Shown here: positions 31,078-42,617 of the stretch, in pieces | How positions within the stretch are numbered: position 1 is the first letter of the stretch | Layout of the letters: the number at the start of each line of letters is the position of its first letter | Assembly (NCBI GenBank): GCA_963708075.1 | Contig: OY970194.1 | Location: forward strand, 4,032,001 to 4,096,000 | DNA length: 64,000 nucleotides | Direction: 5' to 3' | Source of the DNA: Sedimentisphaerales bacterium | Lineage (GTDB): Bacteria > Planctomycetota > Phycisphaerae > Sedimentisphaerales > Anaerobacaceae | Translations under genes and position numbers: made by a program | The notes under the pieces: generated by a model | Seen by the model: the letters and a program-made list of their open reading frames with translations, nothing else | What the model was told of the DNA's origin: nothing | Databases searched by the model: none

Positions 31078-31887
31078 ATGCCCAGGGGTTCTCTGCTCGA
31101 CTTGCTTCCGCTCTGGCTGATTTTTGTGGGCACAGCGGCGATGATTCTGCTTTCCATTTATGGTGGGATCTTTCTGGCCCGTTTCTGGAGAAGGCGTTCC
31201 ACTGAGGATCAGACAACGTCGGTCAACGCTGTTGTGGGCGCGACCACCGCTTTGCTCGCGTTCCTTCTGGCATTCACCTTCGGACTGGCGGCATCCCGGT
31301 TCGATGCCAAGCGGGCATTGTTGCTCGATGAAATCAATGCCATTGAAACCGCCTTTCTGCGGACCGGTCTGATTCCGGAACCCCATCGCTCAGAGGTCCG
31401 TGCGCTTTTGAGAGAATATGTCGATGTCCGCGTGGACCTGGCCAGGCATCCGGAGAACCTCGCGCAGGCGATCCAGCAGTCGGAACGACTGCAGGGGCTC
31501 ATGTGGCCGCACGCGGAGGCCCTGGCGGCAGCGGACCTCAAGAACTCGCCCATTGTTTCGCTGTTCGTGGACTCCCTCAACCAGATGTTTGACATGCAGA
31601 CCAAACGCATCACGGTAGGTGTTTTCTACCGGATGCCATCGGTCATGTGGATAGCGCTGTTTGCCCTTATGATCGTCTCCATGCTGGAAGTGGGGTATCT
31701 CCTCGGTATGTCCGACCGCGTGAGCTGGCTGCTGGTTCTTCTGCTTTCCCTGGCTCTCTCAACCGTGATCCTGCTGATTGCCGATCTCGACCGCAGCGGA
31801 GCCAGGGGAGCCAAGCTCATTAAAGTCGAGCTGCAGCCCATGACCGATTTGCAGCAAAGAATCGCGGGGCAGATGAGTGAAGGTTAA
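31078..31887 (+). CDS. Integral membrane protein (DUF4239/bestrophin-like)
   Basis: Four TM segments, LLAFLLAFTF...RFD, EINAIETA and LIADLDR. Confidence 0.65.
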   Translation: MPRGSLLDLLPLWLIFVGTAAMILLSIYGGIFLARFWRRRSTEDQTTSVNAVVGATTALLAFLLAFTFGLAASRFDAKRALLLDEINAIETAFLRTGLIPEPHRSEVRALLREYVDVRVDLARHPENLAQAIQQSERLQGLMWPHAEALAAADLKNSPIVSLFVDSLNQMFDMQTKRITVGVFYRMPSVMWIALFALMIVSMLEVGYLLGMSDRVSWLLVLLLSLALSTVILLIADLDRSGARGAKLIKVELQPMTDLQQRIAGQMSEG

Positions 31888-31924
31888 GCGGATGGGTCCG
31901 CCGGTGCCCGGTTCTCAGGGACCA

Positions 31925-34033
31925 TCATTGAGGGTGAGCGATGCGATGGCCTGCGTTGTCATGCTCCTCGTGTTTGGCGATGAAGAGCACTACGGAATGC
32001 GGCTGGACCGAATAGATCGAGTCCTTTACGACCGGGGCGTCGGCCCAATCACAGATGTCATCGGGCGAATCAAGGAAGGTATCGATGCAACGCCGCCAAG
32101 GCTCGCGCCCCACTTCAACCGGCGGGATCTCGAAATCGAGGGCTTCCCAGTAGGCGTTGGCCATCACGTGAATCATGACCCGTCCCTCAAGTGCGCGGAT
32201 GGTTGCCGAGAGGATGTGAACCTCATTACTCCACTCAGCAGGATACAATGTGACTCCATACCATTGAACCGGTACCTGGCGCAGGAGTTCGTTCAGCGTC
32301 ATGCCAAGTCGATTGGCCGGGAGGTTCCGATTGACGCGCAGCGCAATGAGCATTTGGGTGAATCGCTTCACATCGGCATGCTTGCCGACGAGACTCCAGT
32401 CAAACCAACTGGTCTCGTTGTCCTGACAATACGCGTTATTGTTGCCGCTCTGGGAGCGTCGCACCTCGTCGCCCATCAGGAGCATGGGGGTCCCCGCCGA
32501 AAACAGGGTCAAGGCGAGGAAGTTCTTCACCTGACGGTTGCGCAGCCGTTCCACGTGTGGATCATCCGTGGGACCTTCGACGCCGCAATTCCAACTGCGG
32601 TTATCGTCCGCTCCGTCACGATTGGCTTCCCGATTCGCCTCGTTGTGCTTGTGATTATAGGAGACAACGTCGTTCAGGGTGAAACCATCGTGGCAGGTCA
32701 CGAAGTTGATGCTGACCTCCGGCTCGCGCTGTCTATACTGGTAGATGTCCGGACTGCCCAACAACCGGTGCGCGACAGCCCCGGCCATCCCATTGTCGCC
32801 TTTGACGAATGATCGCACGTCGTCGCGATAACGCCCGTTCCATTCCTTCCAGCTTTCACCGGGGAAACGGCCGACCTGGTAGAGGCCCGCGGCATCCCAG
32901 GCTTCCGCAATCAATTTGACGTTCGCCAGCACCGGATCGGACTCAATGTCCGAGAGAACCGGCGGGGACGGTATGGGGGCACCCTGTTTGTCACGGGAAA
33001 GGATGGACGCCAGGTCGAAGCGAAAACCGTCCACGTGCATCTCGCTGACCCAATAACGAAGACTGTCGAGAATCAGCCGGCGGCAAATCGGCTCGTTGCC
33101 GTTCAGCGTGTTGCCACAGCCCGTGTAGTTGGCATAATGCGCCTGATTGCTCTCAAGAATATAGTAGGTATCATTTGCCAGACCGCGGTAACAAAACGTG
33201 GGGCCATCCTCTCCGCCTTCGGCCGTGTGGTTGTAAACGACGTCCAGGATGACCTCCAAGCCGGCCGCGTGGAGTGCCTTGACCATATCCCGGAATTCAT
33301 CGAGAACCCCGAGCGGATCGCGGCGGGAACTGTATTGCGCATGCGGCGCAAAGAACGAGATGGGGGAATAGCCCCAGTAGTTGGTGAGACCCGGGGGGCA
33401 GTCCTGTTCGTCAAAGGCGTAAACCGGCAGCAGCTCGACCGCGGTCACACCAAGATCATGAAGATAGGGGATTTTTTCAACCAGGCCGGCATAGGTTCCA
33501 CGACGGTCCGGCGCGACGCCGGAAGTGGGATGCTTTGTAAAGCCGCCAATATGCAATTCGTACAAAACGCTCCTGGTAAAGGGTATGCGCAGCGGAACAT
33601 CGTCCCCCCAATCGTAGGCGCCGGAGTCAACAACCACGCTTTTCATTGCCGGGACATGGCTTCTCGGTTTGCGTGCAGCTTGGCGATTGTAGCCGTCCGG
33701 CCGTGCAATGCACTTTCCGTACGGATCAAGGAGCACTTTGACCGGGTTGAATCGATGTCCCTTTTCAGGCTCGAAAGGCCCGTGCACGCGGTAACCGTAC
33801 AGTTGGCCCGCAGTGATACCCGGAACGAGAACATGCCAGTAGTAGTATGTGCGATTCAACTGCGGATCAAGGGGGATCTCGCTTGAAGGCGTCAGATCAT
33901 CGACGTTTTCGAACAGGAGCAACTCCAGCGCCGTGCCGTACCTGGAGAATACGCTGAAATTGACGCCATCCGGGCAAACCGTGGTACCAAGCGGGAAGCT
34001 TCGACCTTGATGATAGCTGGTGATCTGGACCAT
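31925..34033 (-). CDS. glgX: Glycogen debranching enzyme
   Basis: NYWGY, DVVYNH, VDGFRFDLA, IAEAWD and FVTCHDGFTL. Confidence 0.95.
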   Translation of the reverse strand: MVQITSYHQGRSFPLGTTVCPDGVNFSVFSRYGTALELLLFENVDDLTPSSEIPLDPQLNRTYYYWHVLVPGITAGQLYGYRVHGPFEPEKGHRFNPVKVLLDPYGKCIARPDGYNRQAARKPRSHVPAMKSVVVDSGAYDWGDDVPLRIPFTRSVLYELHIGGFTKHPTSGVAPDRRGTYAGLVEKIPYLHDLGVTAVELLPVYAFDEQDCPPGLTNYWGYSPISFFAPHAQYSSRRDPLGVLDEFRDMVKALHAAGLEVILDVVYNHTAEGGEDGPTFCYRGLANDTYYILESNQAHYANYTGCGNTLNGNEPICRRLILDSLRYWVSEMHVDGFRFDLASILSRDKQGAPIPSPPVLSDIESDPVLANVKLIAEAWDAAGLYQVGRFPGESWKEWNGRYRDDVRSFVKGDNGMAGAVAHRLLGSPDIYQYRQREPEVSINFVTCHDGFTLNDVVSYNHKHNEANREANRDGADDNRSWNCGVEGPTDDPHVERLRNRQVKNFLALTLFSAGTPMLLMGDEVRRSQSGNNNAYCQDNETSWFDWSLVGKHADVKRFTQMLIALRVNRNLPANRLGMTLNELLRQVPVQWYGVTLYPAEWSNEVHILSATIRALEGRVMIHVMANAYWEALDFEIPPVEVGREPWRRCIDTFLDSPDDICDWADAPVVKDSIYSVQPHSVVLFIAKHEEHDNAGHRIAHPQ

Positions 34034-34049
34034 AGAGTGAGTCCTCACA

Positions 34050-35732
34050 TTATGAGGTTGCTCCGACTTTTGTCTTGAGCATCCGGTATCGGCGGATCAG
34101 GTTATTCGTCGAACCATCGTGCTTGAGACTGGGGGAGCTCTGGGTATCGAGTTCCGGAATGATGCGCTGGGCGAGCACCTTGCCCAGTTCCACGCCCCAC
34201 TGGTCAAATGAGTCCAGATTCCAGATCACGCCCTGGGTGAAGACATAGTGCTCGTAAAGGGCAATGAGTTTGCCGAGCGTTTCCGGCGTCAATCGCTGGA
34301 CAAGAATCATGTTGGAGGGCCGATTGCCTGGGAAGGACCGATGAGGAACGAGCCAGGCGGGTACGCCTTCGGCCTCCACCTCTTCCCGCGTCTTGCCGAA
34401 GGCCAGCGCCTCCGCCTGAGCAAAAGCATTCGCCAAAAGTATATCGTGATGCCGGCCAAACGGGTGGAGTGGCTCGATGAATGCGATAAAGTCACAAGGG
34501 ATGAGCTTGGTTCCCTGATGAATCAACTGGTAGAAAGAATGCTGACCATTGGTTCCCGGCTCGCCCCAGTAGACAGGACTGGTCTGGTACGCAACTTCGG
34601 TCCCATCGAGCGTGACGTGTTTGCCATTGCTTTCCATGATCAACTGCTGCAGGTATGCGGGGAATCGTTTCAGGTACTGCTCGTACGGCAAAACCGCAAC
34701 AGCCTGTGCGCCGAAGAAATTATTGTACCAGATGCCAAGAAGGGCCATGAGCACCGGCAGGTTGCGCTCGAACGGCGTTGTGCGGAAGTGCTCGTCCATC
34801 TGGTGAAGGCCATCCAGCATGGCGCGGAAGTTGTCCGGGCCAATGGCAAGCATCGTGGAAAGGCCTATCGCCGAATCCATGGAATAGCGCCCACCAACCC
34901 AATCCCAGAACTCGAACATATTGGCGGTATCAATGCCGAATTTCGCCACTTCCACCGCGTTCGTCGACACCGCGACAAAATGTTTGGCGACCGACTTTTC
35001 ATCGCCCCCTAAGCAGGCAAGCAACCATTCGCGGGCCGTGCGCGCATTCGTCATCGTTTCGAGCGTCGTGAAGGTCTTTGAAGAGACGATGAAGAGCGTT
35101 TCCGCGGGATCACAGTCATGCACTGCTTCGGCGAAGTCGGTGCCATCGACGTTGGAGATGAACCTGAAGATTCTACCGCGGTCGCTGTAATTTCTCAGTG
35201 CCTCGTAGGCCATCACCGGCCCAAGGTCGGAGCCCCCGATACCAATGTTGATTATGTTGCGAATGGGCTTGCCGGTATGACCCTTCCATTCGCCACTGCG
35301 GATGCGATTGGAGAAGTCCGTCATCCTATCAAGTACGGCGTGCACCTGCGGCACCACGTTCTGGCCATCCACGATGATGGATGTCCCTCCGGGGGCGCGC
35401 AGGGCCACGTGCAAGACAGCGCGGTTTTCCGTAGTGTTTATCGTTTCACCGTGAAACATCGCGTCAATCCGCTCCCGGAGGCCGGACTGCTCGGCAAGCT
35501 CAATGAGCAATCTGAGGGTTTCATCGGTAATGCGATTCTTAGAGTAATCCAGGTAGATACCCACAGCTTCGACCGTCAGGCGTTCGCCGCGGTCTGGGTC
35601 ATCAGCAAAAAGGTTTCGCAGATGTAATTGGCGGACTTCTCTATAATGGGCTTCGAGGGCCTTCCATGCCTTGCGTCTAGTCAGCGGTGGGATACGTGCT
35701 TTCTTAGTTTTGACGTATGTTGTCATATTCAT
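34050..35732 (-). CDS. pgi: Glucose-6-phosphate isomerase
   Basis: [24 protein letters not shown] and [10 protein letters not shown]. Confidence 0.97.
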   Translation of the reverse strand: MNMTTYVKTKKARIPPLTRRKAWKALEAHYREVRQLHLRNLFADDPDRGERLTVEAVGIYLDYSKNRITDETLRLLIELAEQSGLRERIDAMFHGETINTTENRAVLHVALRAPGGTSIIVDGQNVVPQVHAVLDRMTDFSNRIRSGEWKGHTGKPIRNIINIGIGGSDLGPVMAYEALRNYSDRGRIFRFISNVDGTDFAEAVHDCDPAETLFIVSSKTFTTLETMTNARTAREWLLACLGGDEKSVAKHFVAVSTNAVEVAKFGIDTANMFEFWDWVGGRYSMDSAIGLSTMLAIGPDNFRAMLDGLHQMDEHFRTTPFERNLPVLMALLGIWYNNFFGAQAVAVLPYEQYLKRFPAYLQQLIMESNGKHVTLDGTEVAYQTSPVYWGEPGTNGQHSFYQLIHQGTKLIPCDFIAFIEPLHPFGRHHDILLANAFAQAEALAFGKTREEVEAEGVPAWLVPHRSFPGNRPSNMILVQRLTPETLGKLIALYEHYVFTQGVIWNLDSFDQWGVELGKVLAQRIIPELDTQSSPSLKHDGSTNNLIRRYRMLKTKVGATS

Positions 35733-37399
35733 TACCCTTTTCTCGTATCCACATCAACGGTCCCCAACGCATTGTTTACGATTTGCTGGGCCTCATTGAC
35801 AATGGCATTCAGGTGTGCCTGGCTTTTGAAACTCTCTGCGTAAATCTTGTAGATGTTCTCCGTGCCGGATGGCCTGGCCGCAAACCAGCCGTTGGCGGCC
35901 GTAACCTTCAAGCCGCCGATGGATGCCCCGTTGCCTGGGGCGCGGGTCAGTTTGGCCACTATCTGCTCACCGGCCAGTTTCGATTCCTTGACAGCATCAG
36001 ACGACAGGCTTTGCAGTCTCGCTTTCTGTTCCGGTGTCGCCGGCGCATCGATGCGAGTGTAATAGGGCGTGCCGAACTGGGCGGTGAGTTCGCGATAGTG
36101 TTCGCCCGGGTCTTTTTCTGTGCGAGCGGTGATTTCGGCGGCGAGCAGGTTCATGATTATACCGTCCTTGTCAGTCGTCCACACGGTGCCGTCGCGCCGC
36201 AGGAAACTTGCCCCGGCACTTTCCTCGCCGCCGAAACAATATGAACCGTCAAACAATCCCGGTGTGAACCATTTGAAGCCTACCGGAACTTCAGACAGCT
36301 TGCGGCCGAGCTTTTGCACTACCCGGTCAATAATGCTGCTGCTGACCAGCGTCTTGCCGACGGCGGAGTCCGTGGGCCAGTCGGGACGGTGCGTTAAGAG
36401 GTAGTTTATGGCCACAGCCAGGTAGTGATTTGGATTCATCAGCCCGGCTGACGGCGTGACGATTCCATGCCGGTCCGCATCCGGGTCGTTGGCAAAGGCG
36501 AGTTGGTACTTGTCCTTGAGGCCGACGAGCCGTGCCATCGCGTATGGGCTGGAGCAGTCCATGCGAATCCTGCCGTCGTGGTCGACAGTCATGAACGAGA
36601 AAGTCGGGTCTACTGTCGAATTCACGATGGTAGTATTCAGTTTGTACACGGAGTGTATTTGTTCCCAATAGGGCCCCGATGCACCTCCGAGTGGGTCAAT
36701 ACCAAGTGCGAGGCCGGCGGCACGAATGACTTCCATGTCGACGACGCTCTGCAGATCGTCAACATAGGGCGTGACGAAATCTTCCTGATGAGTGCTCGCC
36801 GCTTTGATGGCCGATGAGAACGGTACACGCTTTATATCCGCATTGCCTTTTCGCAGCAATTCGTTGGCGCGGTCCTGAACCCACGCCGTCACATCGGTGT
36901 CGGCGGGACCGCCATTGGTCGAGTCATACTTGAAGCCGCCATCCTCCGGCGGGTTGTGCGACGGTGTGACTACGATGCCGTCAGCAAGATGCTCTTTGCG
37001 GGCGCGGTTATAAACGAGGATAGCCCACGAGACGACCGGTGTCGGTGTTACACCGTCATTTTGATGGATGAGCGTTTCCACATGGTTGGCCGCCAGCACC
37101 TCCAGAGCGGTACGCTGGGCCGGCCCGGACAATGCGTGTGTGTCCTTACCCATATAGAGCGGACCGTCAACACCCTGGCGGCGCCGATAGTCGCAAATGG
37201 CCTGAGTGATCGCCAGGATGTGGGCTTCAGTAAACGTACCTCGCAGCGATGAGCCTCGATGTCCGCTGGTGCCGAAGCTGACTCGCTGGTTGGCATCCGT
37301 CATGTCCGGCCGACGCTCGTAATAGTCCCGTTCGAGCTGGGACAGGTCAACCAGCATTTCTTTGGGAGCCGCTTTGCCTGCCAGAGGTGAAATTGCCAT
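35732..37399 (-). CDS. pgm: Phosphoglucomutase
   Basis: [20 protein letters not shown] and ARPSGTE. Confidence 0.97.
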   Translation of the reverse strand: MAISPLAGKAAPKEMLVDLSQLERDYYERRPDMTDANQRVSFGTSGHRGSSLRGTFTEAHILAITQAICDYRRRQGVDGPLYMGKDTHALSGPAQRTALEVLAANHVETLIHQNDGVTPTPVVSWAILVYNRARKEHLADGIVVTPSHNPPEDGGFKYDSTNGGPADTDVTAWVQDRANELLRKGNADIKRVPFSSAIKAASTHQEDFVTPYVDDLQSVVDMEVIRAAGLALGIDPLGGASGPYWEQIHSVYKLNTTIVNSTVDPTFSFMTVDHDGRIRMDCSSPYAMARLVGLKDKYQLAFANDPDADRHGIVTPSAGLMNPNHYLAVAINYLLTHRPDWPTDSAVGKTLVSSSIIDRVVQKLGRKLSEVPVGFKWFTPGLFDGSYCFGGEESAGASFLRRDGTVWTTDKDGIIMNLLAAEITARTEKDPGEHYRELTAQFGTPYYTRIDAPATPEQKARLQSLSSDAVKESKLAGEQIVAKLTRAPGNGASIGGLKVTAANGWFAARPSGTENIYKIYAESFKSQAHLNAIVNEAQQIVNNALGTVDVDTRKG

Positions 37400-37517
37400 A
37401 GGTATCCTTTTCTATCTGCCGCTTATCCCGAATAGTACTTCAGTGCCTGCCATCACCAGGGTGCACTGCCGCTGATGCGGCTTTGCCATCATATCCGCGA
37501 TCACAAGGCGGCTCCAT

Positions 37518-38018
37518 TCAATCCGTAAGAAGGTGTGCAGGGACACCCTGTGATTCGTCCACCGGCAGAGGCTCCAACGAGCACTTATCGAGGGCGGTGA
37601 TCTTCTGGACGCGGCGGGTATGCCGGCCACCGTCGAAAGGCGTAGTGAGCCAGACGTCGATGATCTTCATGGCCAGTTCCGCGGGCACCGCTCGGGCGCC
37701 GAGAGAAATGGCGTTGGCATCGTTATGGGCCCGGCCGAGCCTGGCGCCGACCTCGCCCCGGCAGATCACACAGCGGATGCCGCGAACCTTGTTGGCGACG
37801 ATGGCCTCGCCGTTGCCGCTGCCGCCCAGGACGATGGTCCGGTCGCACTCGCCTTTGGCCGTCGCCAGAGCCGCCGGATAGACGAAATCCGGGTAATCGC
37901 ACGGCTCGGCCGAGTACGTCCCGAAGTCCTTGACCTCGTGTCCTTCCTCGATCAGGTACTGCTTGATGCGTTCCTTGAGCTCATACCCGGCGTGATCCGT
38001 ACCCAGTGCAATTCTCAT
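37518..38018 (-). CDS. rpiB: Ribose-5-phosphate isomerase B
   Basis: GTDHAG, DYPD, GSGNGE, HNDAN and GGRH.RRV. Confidence 0.93.
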   Translation of the reverse strand: MRIALGTDHAGYELKERIKQYLIEEGHEVKDFGTYSAEPCDYPDFVYPAALATAKGECDRTIVLGGSGNGEAIVANKVRGIRCVICRGEVGARLGRAHNDANAISLGARAVPAELAMKIIDVWLTTPFDGGRHTRRVQKITALDKCSLEPLPVDESQGVPAHLLTD

Positions 38019-38062
38019 CGTGACTCCTTCAAACCAGTTAGCCGCGCGGCCAAGGTTTGTGT

Positions 38063-40576
38063 TCAGGTTACCGGACACGGCTTTGCATTCCAGACATCCG
38101 ACGCATACTCCGCAATCGTGCGGTCGCTGGAGAACTTGCCGGAGCCGGCAACATTCAGGATGGCCTTGTAAGCCCATCCGTCCGGGTCGGCATACAAATC
38201 ACACAACTGCTGATCCGCCTCGAGATAGGACTTGAGGTCCGCCAGGTGCATGTAGTGGTCACCAAAAGTCAGAAGCGTGTCGTATAATTGAGTGAAAACA
38301 CCCGGTTCATAGCGGCTAAAGTAATTGGATACAATCATATCCAGCGCCTCGCGAGTCTCCGGTTCGTTTTCATAGTGCCAGTAGGGATTGTACCAGCCTC
38401 GGCTATGGGCCACTTGTTCGGCGGTCAGACCAAACAGGAAGAAGTTGTCCTCCCCCGCTTCTTCCGCCATCTCGATGGTAGCGCCATCGCGCGTACCTAT
38501 GGTCAGCGCCCCATTCATCATGAATTTCATATTGCCCGTGCCACTGGCTTCATAGCCTGCGGTCGATATCTGATTGGAGACATCACTGGCGGGAATTAGC
38601 CGTTCTGCCAGAGAAACACGGTAATCCGGCAAAAACATGACTTTGAGCCGACCTTGTACCGCCGGGTCGCCGTCAATGGTGCCTGCCAGATTGTTGATGA
38701 ACTTAATGATGAGTTTGGCCAAGTGATAGGCCGGTGCGGCCTTACCGGCGAAAAAGAAAGTCCGCGGCGCCATATCGAGGTTGGGGTTCTTTCGCAAGCG
38801 GTTGTAAAGCACCACGATGCGCAACGCATTGAGCAACTGTCTCTTGTATTCGTGGATACGCTTGACCTGGGAATCGAAGATGCTGTCCGGATCCACAGTC
38901 TGGCCGGTCGTTGATTTCAGCCAGTCGGCAAATTGAGACTTGGCCTGACGCTTGGCCTGGAGGAAGGCATCGCGAAAACCCTTGTCAGCGGCAAGCGGCT
39001 TGAGTTCGCTCAATTGGTCGAGATCGCTAATCCAGCCATCCCCTATGGCCTCGGTGATAGTACTTGCAAGCACCGGGTTGGCCAGCAGCAGCCACCGTCT
39101 CGGAGTAACGCCGTTGGTCTTGTTGTTGAAACGCTCGGGGAACATCTCCGCCAGGTCTTTGACCGTCGTCGTGCGCAGCAGTTCGGAATGGATGGCAGCC
39201 ACACCGTTCGTGCTGTGCGAACCCACGATGGCCAGATTGGCCATGCGAATCTTACGATGGGCACCTTCCTCAACGAGGCTTACTCTCGCGATGCGTCCGT
39301 CGTCACCGGAGAACCTGGTACGGACCGTATCGAGAAGGCGGCGATTGATCTCGAAGATGATTTCCAAAAGACGCGGCTTCAACATTTCAAACCAGGCGAC
39401 CGGCCATTTTTCGAGAGCTTCAGGCAAAAGTGTGTGGTTCGTGTAGGCCAGGGCCTTTTGTGTAATGTCCCACGCCTGATCCCATCCGAGGTTGGCTTCG
39501 TCAAGCAGAATGCGCATCAATTCAGGGACAGCCATAGATGGGTGCGTATCGTTAAGCTGCATGGCAACCTTCTCGGGAAACTTGCTCCAATCGGCATTGC
39601 TGCGACGGAAACGCCGAACCAGGTCTGCCAGCGAGCAGGCCACAAGAAAATACTCCTGCACAAAGCGCAGTCCCTGTCCCAGACTCGTGGTGTCATCTGG
39701 ATAGAGTACCCGCGTGAGAGATTCTGCGCTAAGGGTTTCCGCCAACGCACCCACGAAATCCCCGCGGCTGAATCTTTGAAAATCGAAGTAATCCGGTGCC
39801 GCGGCGGCCCAAAGGCGAAGGGTGTTGATGGTCTTGCCGCCATAACCGACTACGGGTCGGTCAAACGGGATACCCAGCAGGCTGGATGCCTGGCCTCGTA
39901 CTCCCCGCAAGCTTCCGCCGTGCATCTCAAATGAGCAGTTCAGCTTTACTTCCACCATGTCCTGCAGACGAGCCACTTCCCACGGGTCCGGGCGCCGGAG
40001 CCAGTTGTCCGGCTGTTCCTGCTGCCAGCCGTCCCTGATGGCCTGTTTGAAAATGCCGTATTCGTAACGAAGGCCGTATCCCATAGCCGGCAATTGCATC
40101 GTGGCCATCGAGTCGAGGAAACAAGCCGCCAAACGCCCAAGTCCGCCGTTGCCCAAGCCGGCATCGGGTTCTTGTTCGAGTACTCCGAGCAAATCAATAT
40201 GCTTTTGCTCGACCGTCTGCTGGGCAAGTTGCTCAAGCAAGAGATTGGTGACGTTGTTGGCAAGGGAGCGGCCGATGAGAAACTCCATCGACAGATAGTA
40301 AATGCGTTTGGGGTTCGCACGATCGTACGTCTGCTCCGTGCGCACCCATCGCTGGGAAAGAACATCACGCACGGAACGGGCCAGGGCCTCAAATTGTTCC
40401 CGTCCGCCGGCGGCGTTCAGGTCGATGACATTGTCAAAGATGAAATGCCTTTCATAGAGAGCATTGTCGGTACCTGAAAACTGAATCGGACCGCATCCGT
40501 ATTGTTTCAACAGTTCCGACACGTCCGCTCGCTCCTTGGACGTCGCTGGCGGAGCCGCAATACCTGTTCCACTCAT
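38063..40576 (-). CDS. glgP: Glycogen/alpha-glucan phosphorylase
   Basis: LGNGGLGRLAAC, QLNDTHP, KRIHEYKRQ and EASGTGNMK (PLP lysine). Confidence 0.97.
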   Translation of the reverse strand: MSGTGIAAPPATSKERADVSELLKQYGCGPIQFSGTDNALYERHFIFDNVIDLNAAGGREQFEALARSVRDVLSQRWVRTEQTYDRANPKRIYYLSMEFLIGRSLANNVTNLLLEQLAQQTVEQKHIDLLGVLEQEPDAGLGNGGLGRLAACFLDSMATMQLPAMGYGLRYEYGIFKQAIRDGWQQEQPDNWLRRPDPWEVARLQDMVEVKLNCSFEMHGGSLRGVRGQASSLLGIPFDRPVVGYGGKTINTLRLWAAAAPDYFDFQRFSRGDFVGALAETLSAESLTRVLYPDDTTSLGQGLRFVQEYFLVACSLADLVRRFRRSNADWSKFPEKVAMQLNDTHPSMAVPELMRILLDEANLGWDQAWDITQKALAYTNHTLLPEALEKWPVAWFEMLKPRLLEIIFEINRRLLDTVRTRFSGDDGRIARVSLVEEGAHRKIRMANLAIVGSHSTNGVAAIHSELLRTTTVKDLAEMFPERFNNKTNGVTPRRWLLLANPVLASTITEAIGDGWISDLDQLSELKPLAADKGFRDAFLQAKRQAKSQFADWLKSTTGQTVDPDSIFDSQVKRIHEYKRQLLNALRIVVLYNRLRKNPNLDMAPRTFFFAGKAAPAYHLAKLIIKFINNLAGTIDGDPAVQGRLKVMFLPDYRVSLAERLIPASDVSNQISTAGYEASGTGNMKFMMNGALTIGTRDGATIEMAEEAGEDNFFLFGLTAEQVAHSRGWYNPYWHYENEPETREALDMIVSNYFSRYEPGVFTQLYDTLLTFGDHYMHLADLKSYLEADQQLCDLYADPDGWAYKAILNVAGSGKFSSDRTIAEYASDVWNAKPCPVT

Positions 40577-40658
40577 CTTAATCCCCTTTCGGTTAGATTC
40601 CTTCTTATGATTCCGCGTCACTTGATTTCTAGCGAGCCGGCCGGACTGCTGAATTGAG

Positions 40659-41258
40659 TCATAGGCCCACATGACGAGTCTCATTCCACAGGACAATAGC
40701 CGGCCGGGAAAGGCTTCCTTCATAGCCGAGCGCGCTGAGGCTCGCGGTGCTCAGCTTAAAGGACCTGCTGTTGACTGAAGGCTCGAGCCCTATCCATCGG
40801 GTGGCCAGCACCCGTATGAAATGACCGCTCGAAAACAGCAGCACGCTTCCATTCACCGCGCGCACGCGGCTCACCACGCGGTCAGCACGCGCAGCCACCT
40901 GAGCCGGCGTCTCACCGCCGGGGCAGCCGTCACGGAACAGCAGCCAGCCTGGACGTTCAGCAAGGATTTCCGCGGTGCGGCGTCCTTCATAGTCGCCGTA
41001 GTTCCACTCCACAAGGTCGCGGTCAATTTCCGCAACCGCGCCGAAGCCCGCCAGTTCACAGGTCCGCACCGCGCGCTGTAACGGGCTGGTAAACACCTTG
41101 GCAAAAGCTATCCCTTTGAGCCGCTCTCCGAGCTGCCGCGCATTACGCTCCCCTTGGTCGGTCAGCGGTAGATCGGTAAGTCCCGTGTACTGGCCCGTGA
41201 GACTCCATGCTGTCTCACCATGTCTTGCCAAATAGACAACCGGAAGTTCCTCACCCAC
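40659..41258 (-). CDS. Histidine phosphatase (phosphoglycerate mutase-like) family protein
   Basis: ARHGET, SPLQRA and EWNYGDYEG. Confidence 0.88.
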   Translation of the reverse strand: MGEELPVVYLARHGETAWSLTGQYTGLTDLPLTDQGERNARQLGERLKGIAFAKVFTSPLQRAVRTCELAGFGAVAEIDRDLVEWNYGDYEGRRTAEILAERPGWLLFRDGCPGGETPAQVAARADRVVSRVRAVNGSVLLFSSGHFIRVLATRWIGLEPSVNSRSFKLSTASLSALGYEGSLSRPAIVLWNETRHVGL

Positions 41259-41608
41259 GATATCGCCCTTTCTGCCATAATTCCTTTGGCTGATGCCCGT
41301 CTGCCCCACCCGTGATGCATCAGAGCTGTCTCACTACCGAGCCACTCCTGACCCAAGATATGAGGGGGTGCGAATCGTTTCAATCAGAAAGAGTCCTATT
41401 TTGTGTCGGGATACTGCCCTCGGGGGGCGAAGTTAAACACCTACGGCAAAAGCAGTAATTGCCGGAGTATGCATGCTTGCGCTCGGGCTGTATCGTGTCA
41501 AGAAGTGATCTGCAGAGTAGGCAAGAAGTCACGAAGCGATATGCAACAGCTACTATTTGTGGGTCTTCTGGATCCTATTTAGTAAATGCAGTTTCAAGGA
41601 ATTGTTCA

Positions 41609-42589
41609 ATGGGACTGGTGACAACCAAGAAGATGTTTGAAATGGCCTACAAGCACGGCTATGCCATCGGGGCCTTCAACGTCAATAACATGGAGATTAC
41701 GCAGGGGATCATGTCGGCAGCAGCCGAGGAAGAAGCCCCGGTGATTCTGCAGGTATCTCGCGGGGCGCGGAAATACGCCAGTATGAGATACCTCAGGGGG
41801 ATCATCGATGCCGCCGTGGATGAGAACCCGGACATTCCGATTTGCATGCACCTCGATCACGGCGACACCTTCGAAACATGCAAGCAGTGCGTCGATGATG
41901 GCTTTACATCGGTCATGATTGACGGGTCGCATCATTCGTTCGAGGATAATATCGCGCTGACAAAACGAGTGGTCAAGTACGCCCACGACCACGGCGTGGT
42001 AGTAGAAGCCGAACTGGGGCAGCTTGGCGGCATCGAAGAGGACGTTATCGGGGTCAGTGCCGACGCTATCAGCGAGCACCTGACGGACCCGAATCAGGTG
42101 GCCGAATTCGTCGCCAGGACCGATGTGGATTCGCTGGCCATAGCGATCGGAACAAGCCACGGGGCATACAAATTCAAAACCGAGCCGAAACTGGCCTTTG
42201 ACGTGATCGAGCAGGTTTCAAAGAAACTGCCGGGCTTTCCACTGGTGATGCACGGTTCAAGCAGCGTGCCGAAGGAATACAGGGACCTCATAAACACGTA
42301 TGGCGGCAAGATGCCTGACGCCAAAGGGGTGCCGGAAGACGCGATAAGCAAAGCGGCGCGCATGGCCATCTGCAAGGTCAATTTCGATACGGACCTGAGA
42401 ATGGCAATGACGGCTTCGATTCGGCAGGTACTTTGGGAAAACCCCTCCGAGTTCGATCCGCGCAATTACCTCGGTCCGGCGAGAGACGAGATAAAGACAA
42501 TGATAAAGCGCAGATTCCATGTTCTGGGATGCGCCGGCAAAGCCGCTGAATGCAGCGCACGCCCATCAATGGTCACTGTGCATTCTTAA
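41609..42589 (+). CDS. fba: Class II fructose-1,6-bisphosphate aldolase
   Basis: [26 protein letters not shown] and LVMHGSS. Confidence 0.95.
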   Translation: MGLVTTKKMFEMAYKHGYAIGAFNVNNMEITQGIMSAAAEEEAPVILQVSRGARKYASMRYLRGIIDAAVDENPDIPICMHLDHGDTFETCKQCVDDGFTSVMIDGSHHSFEDNIALTKRVVKYAHDHGVVVEAELGQLGGIEEDVIGVSADAISEHLTDPNQVAEFVARTDVDSLAIAIGTSHGAYKFKTEPKLAFDVIEQVSKKLPGFPLVMHGSSSVPKEYRDLINTYGGKMPDAKGVPEDAISKAARMAICKVNFDTDLRMAMTASIRQVLWENPSEFDPRNYLGPARDEIKTMIKRRFHVLGCAGKAAECSARPSMVTVHS

Positions 42590-42617
42590 GTGCAATGTTG
42601 CAGAAAGGGAGACTGTC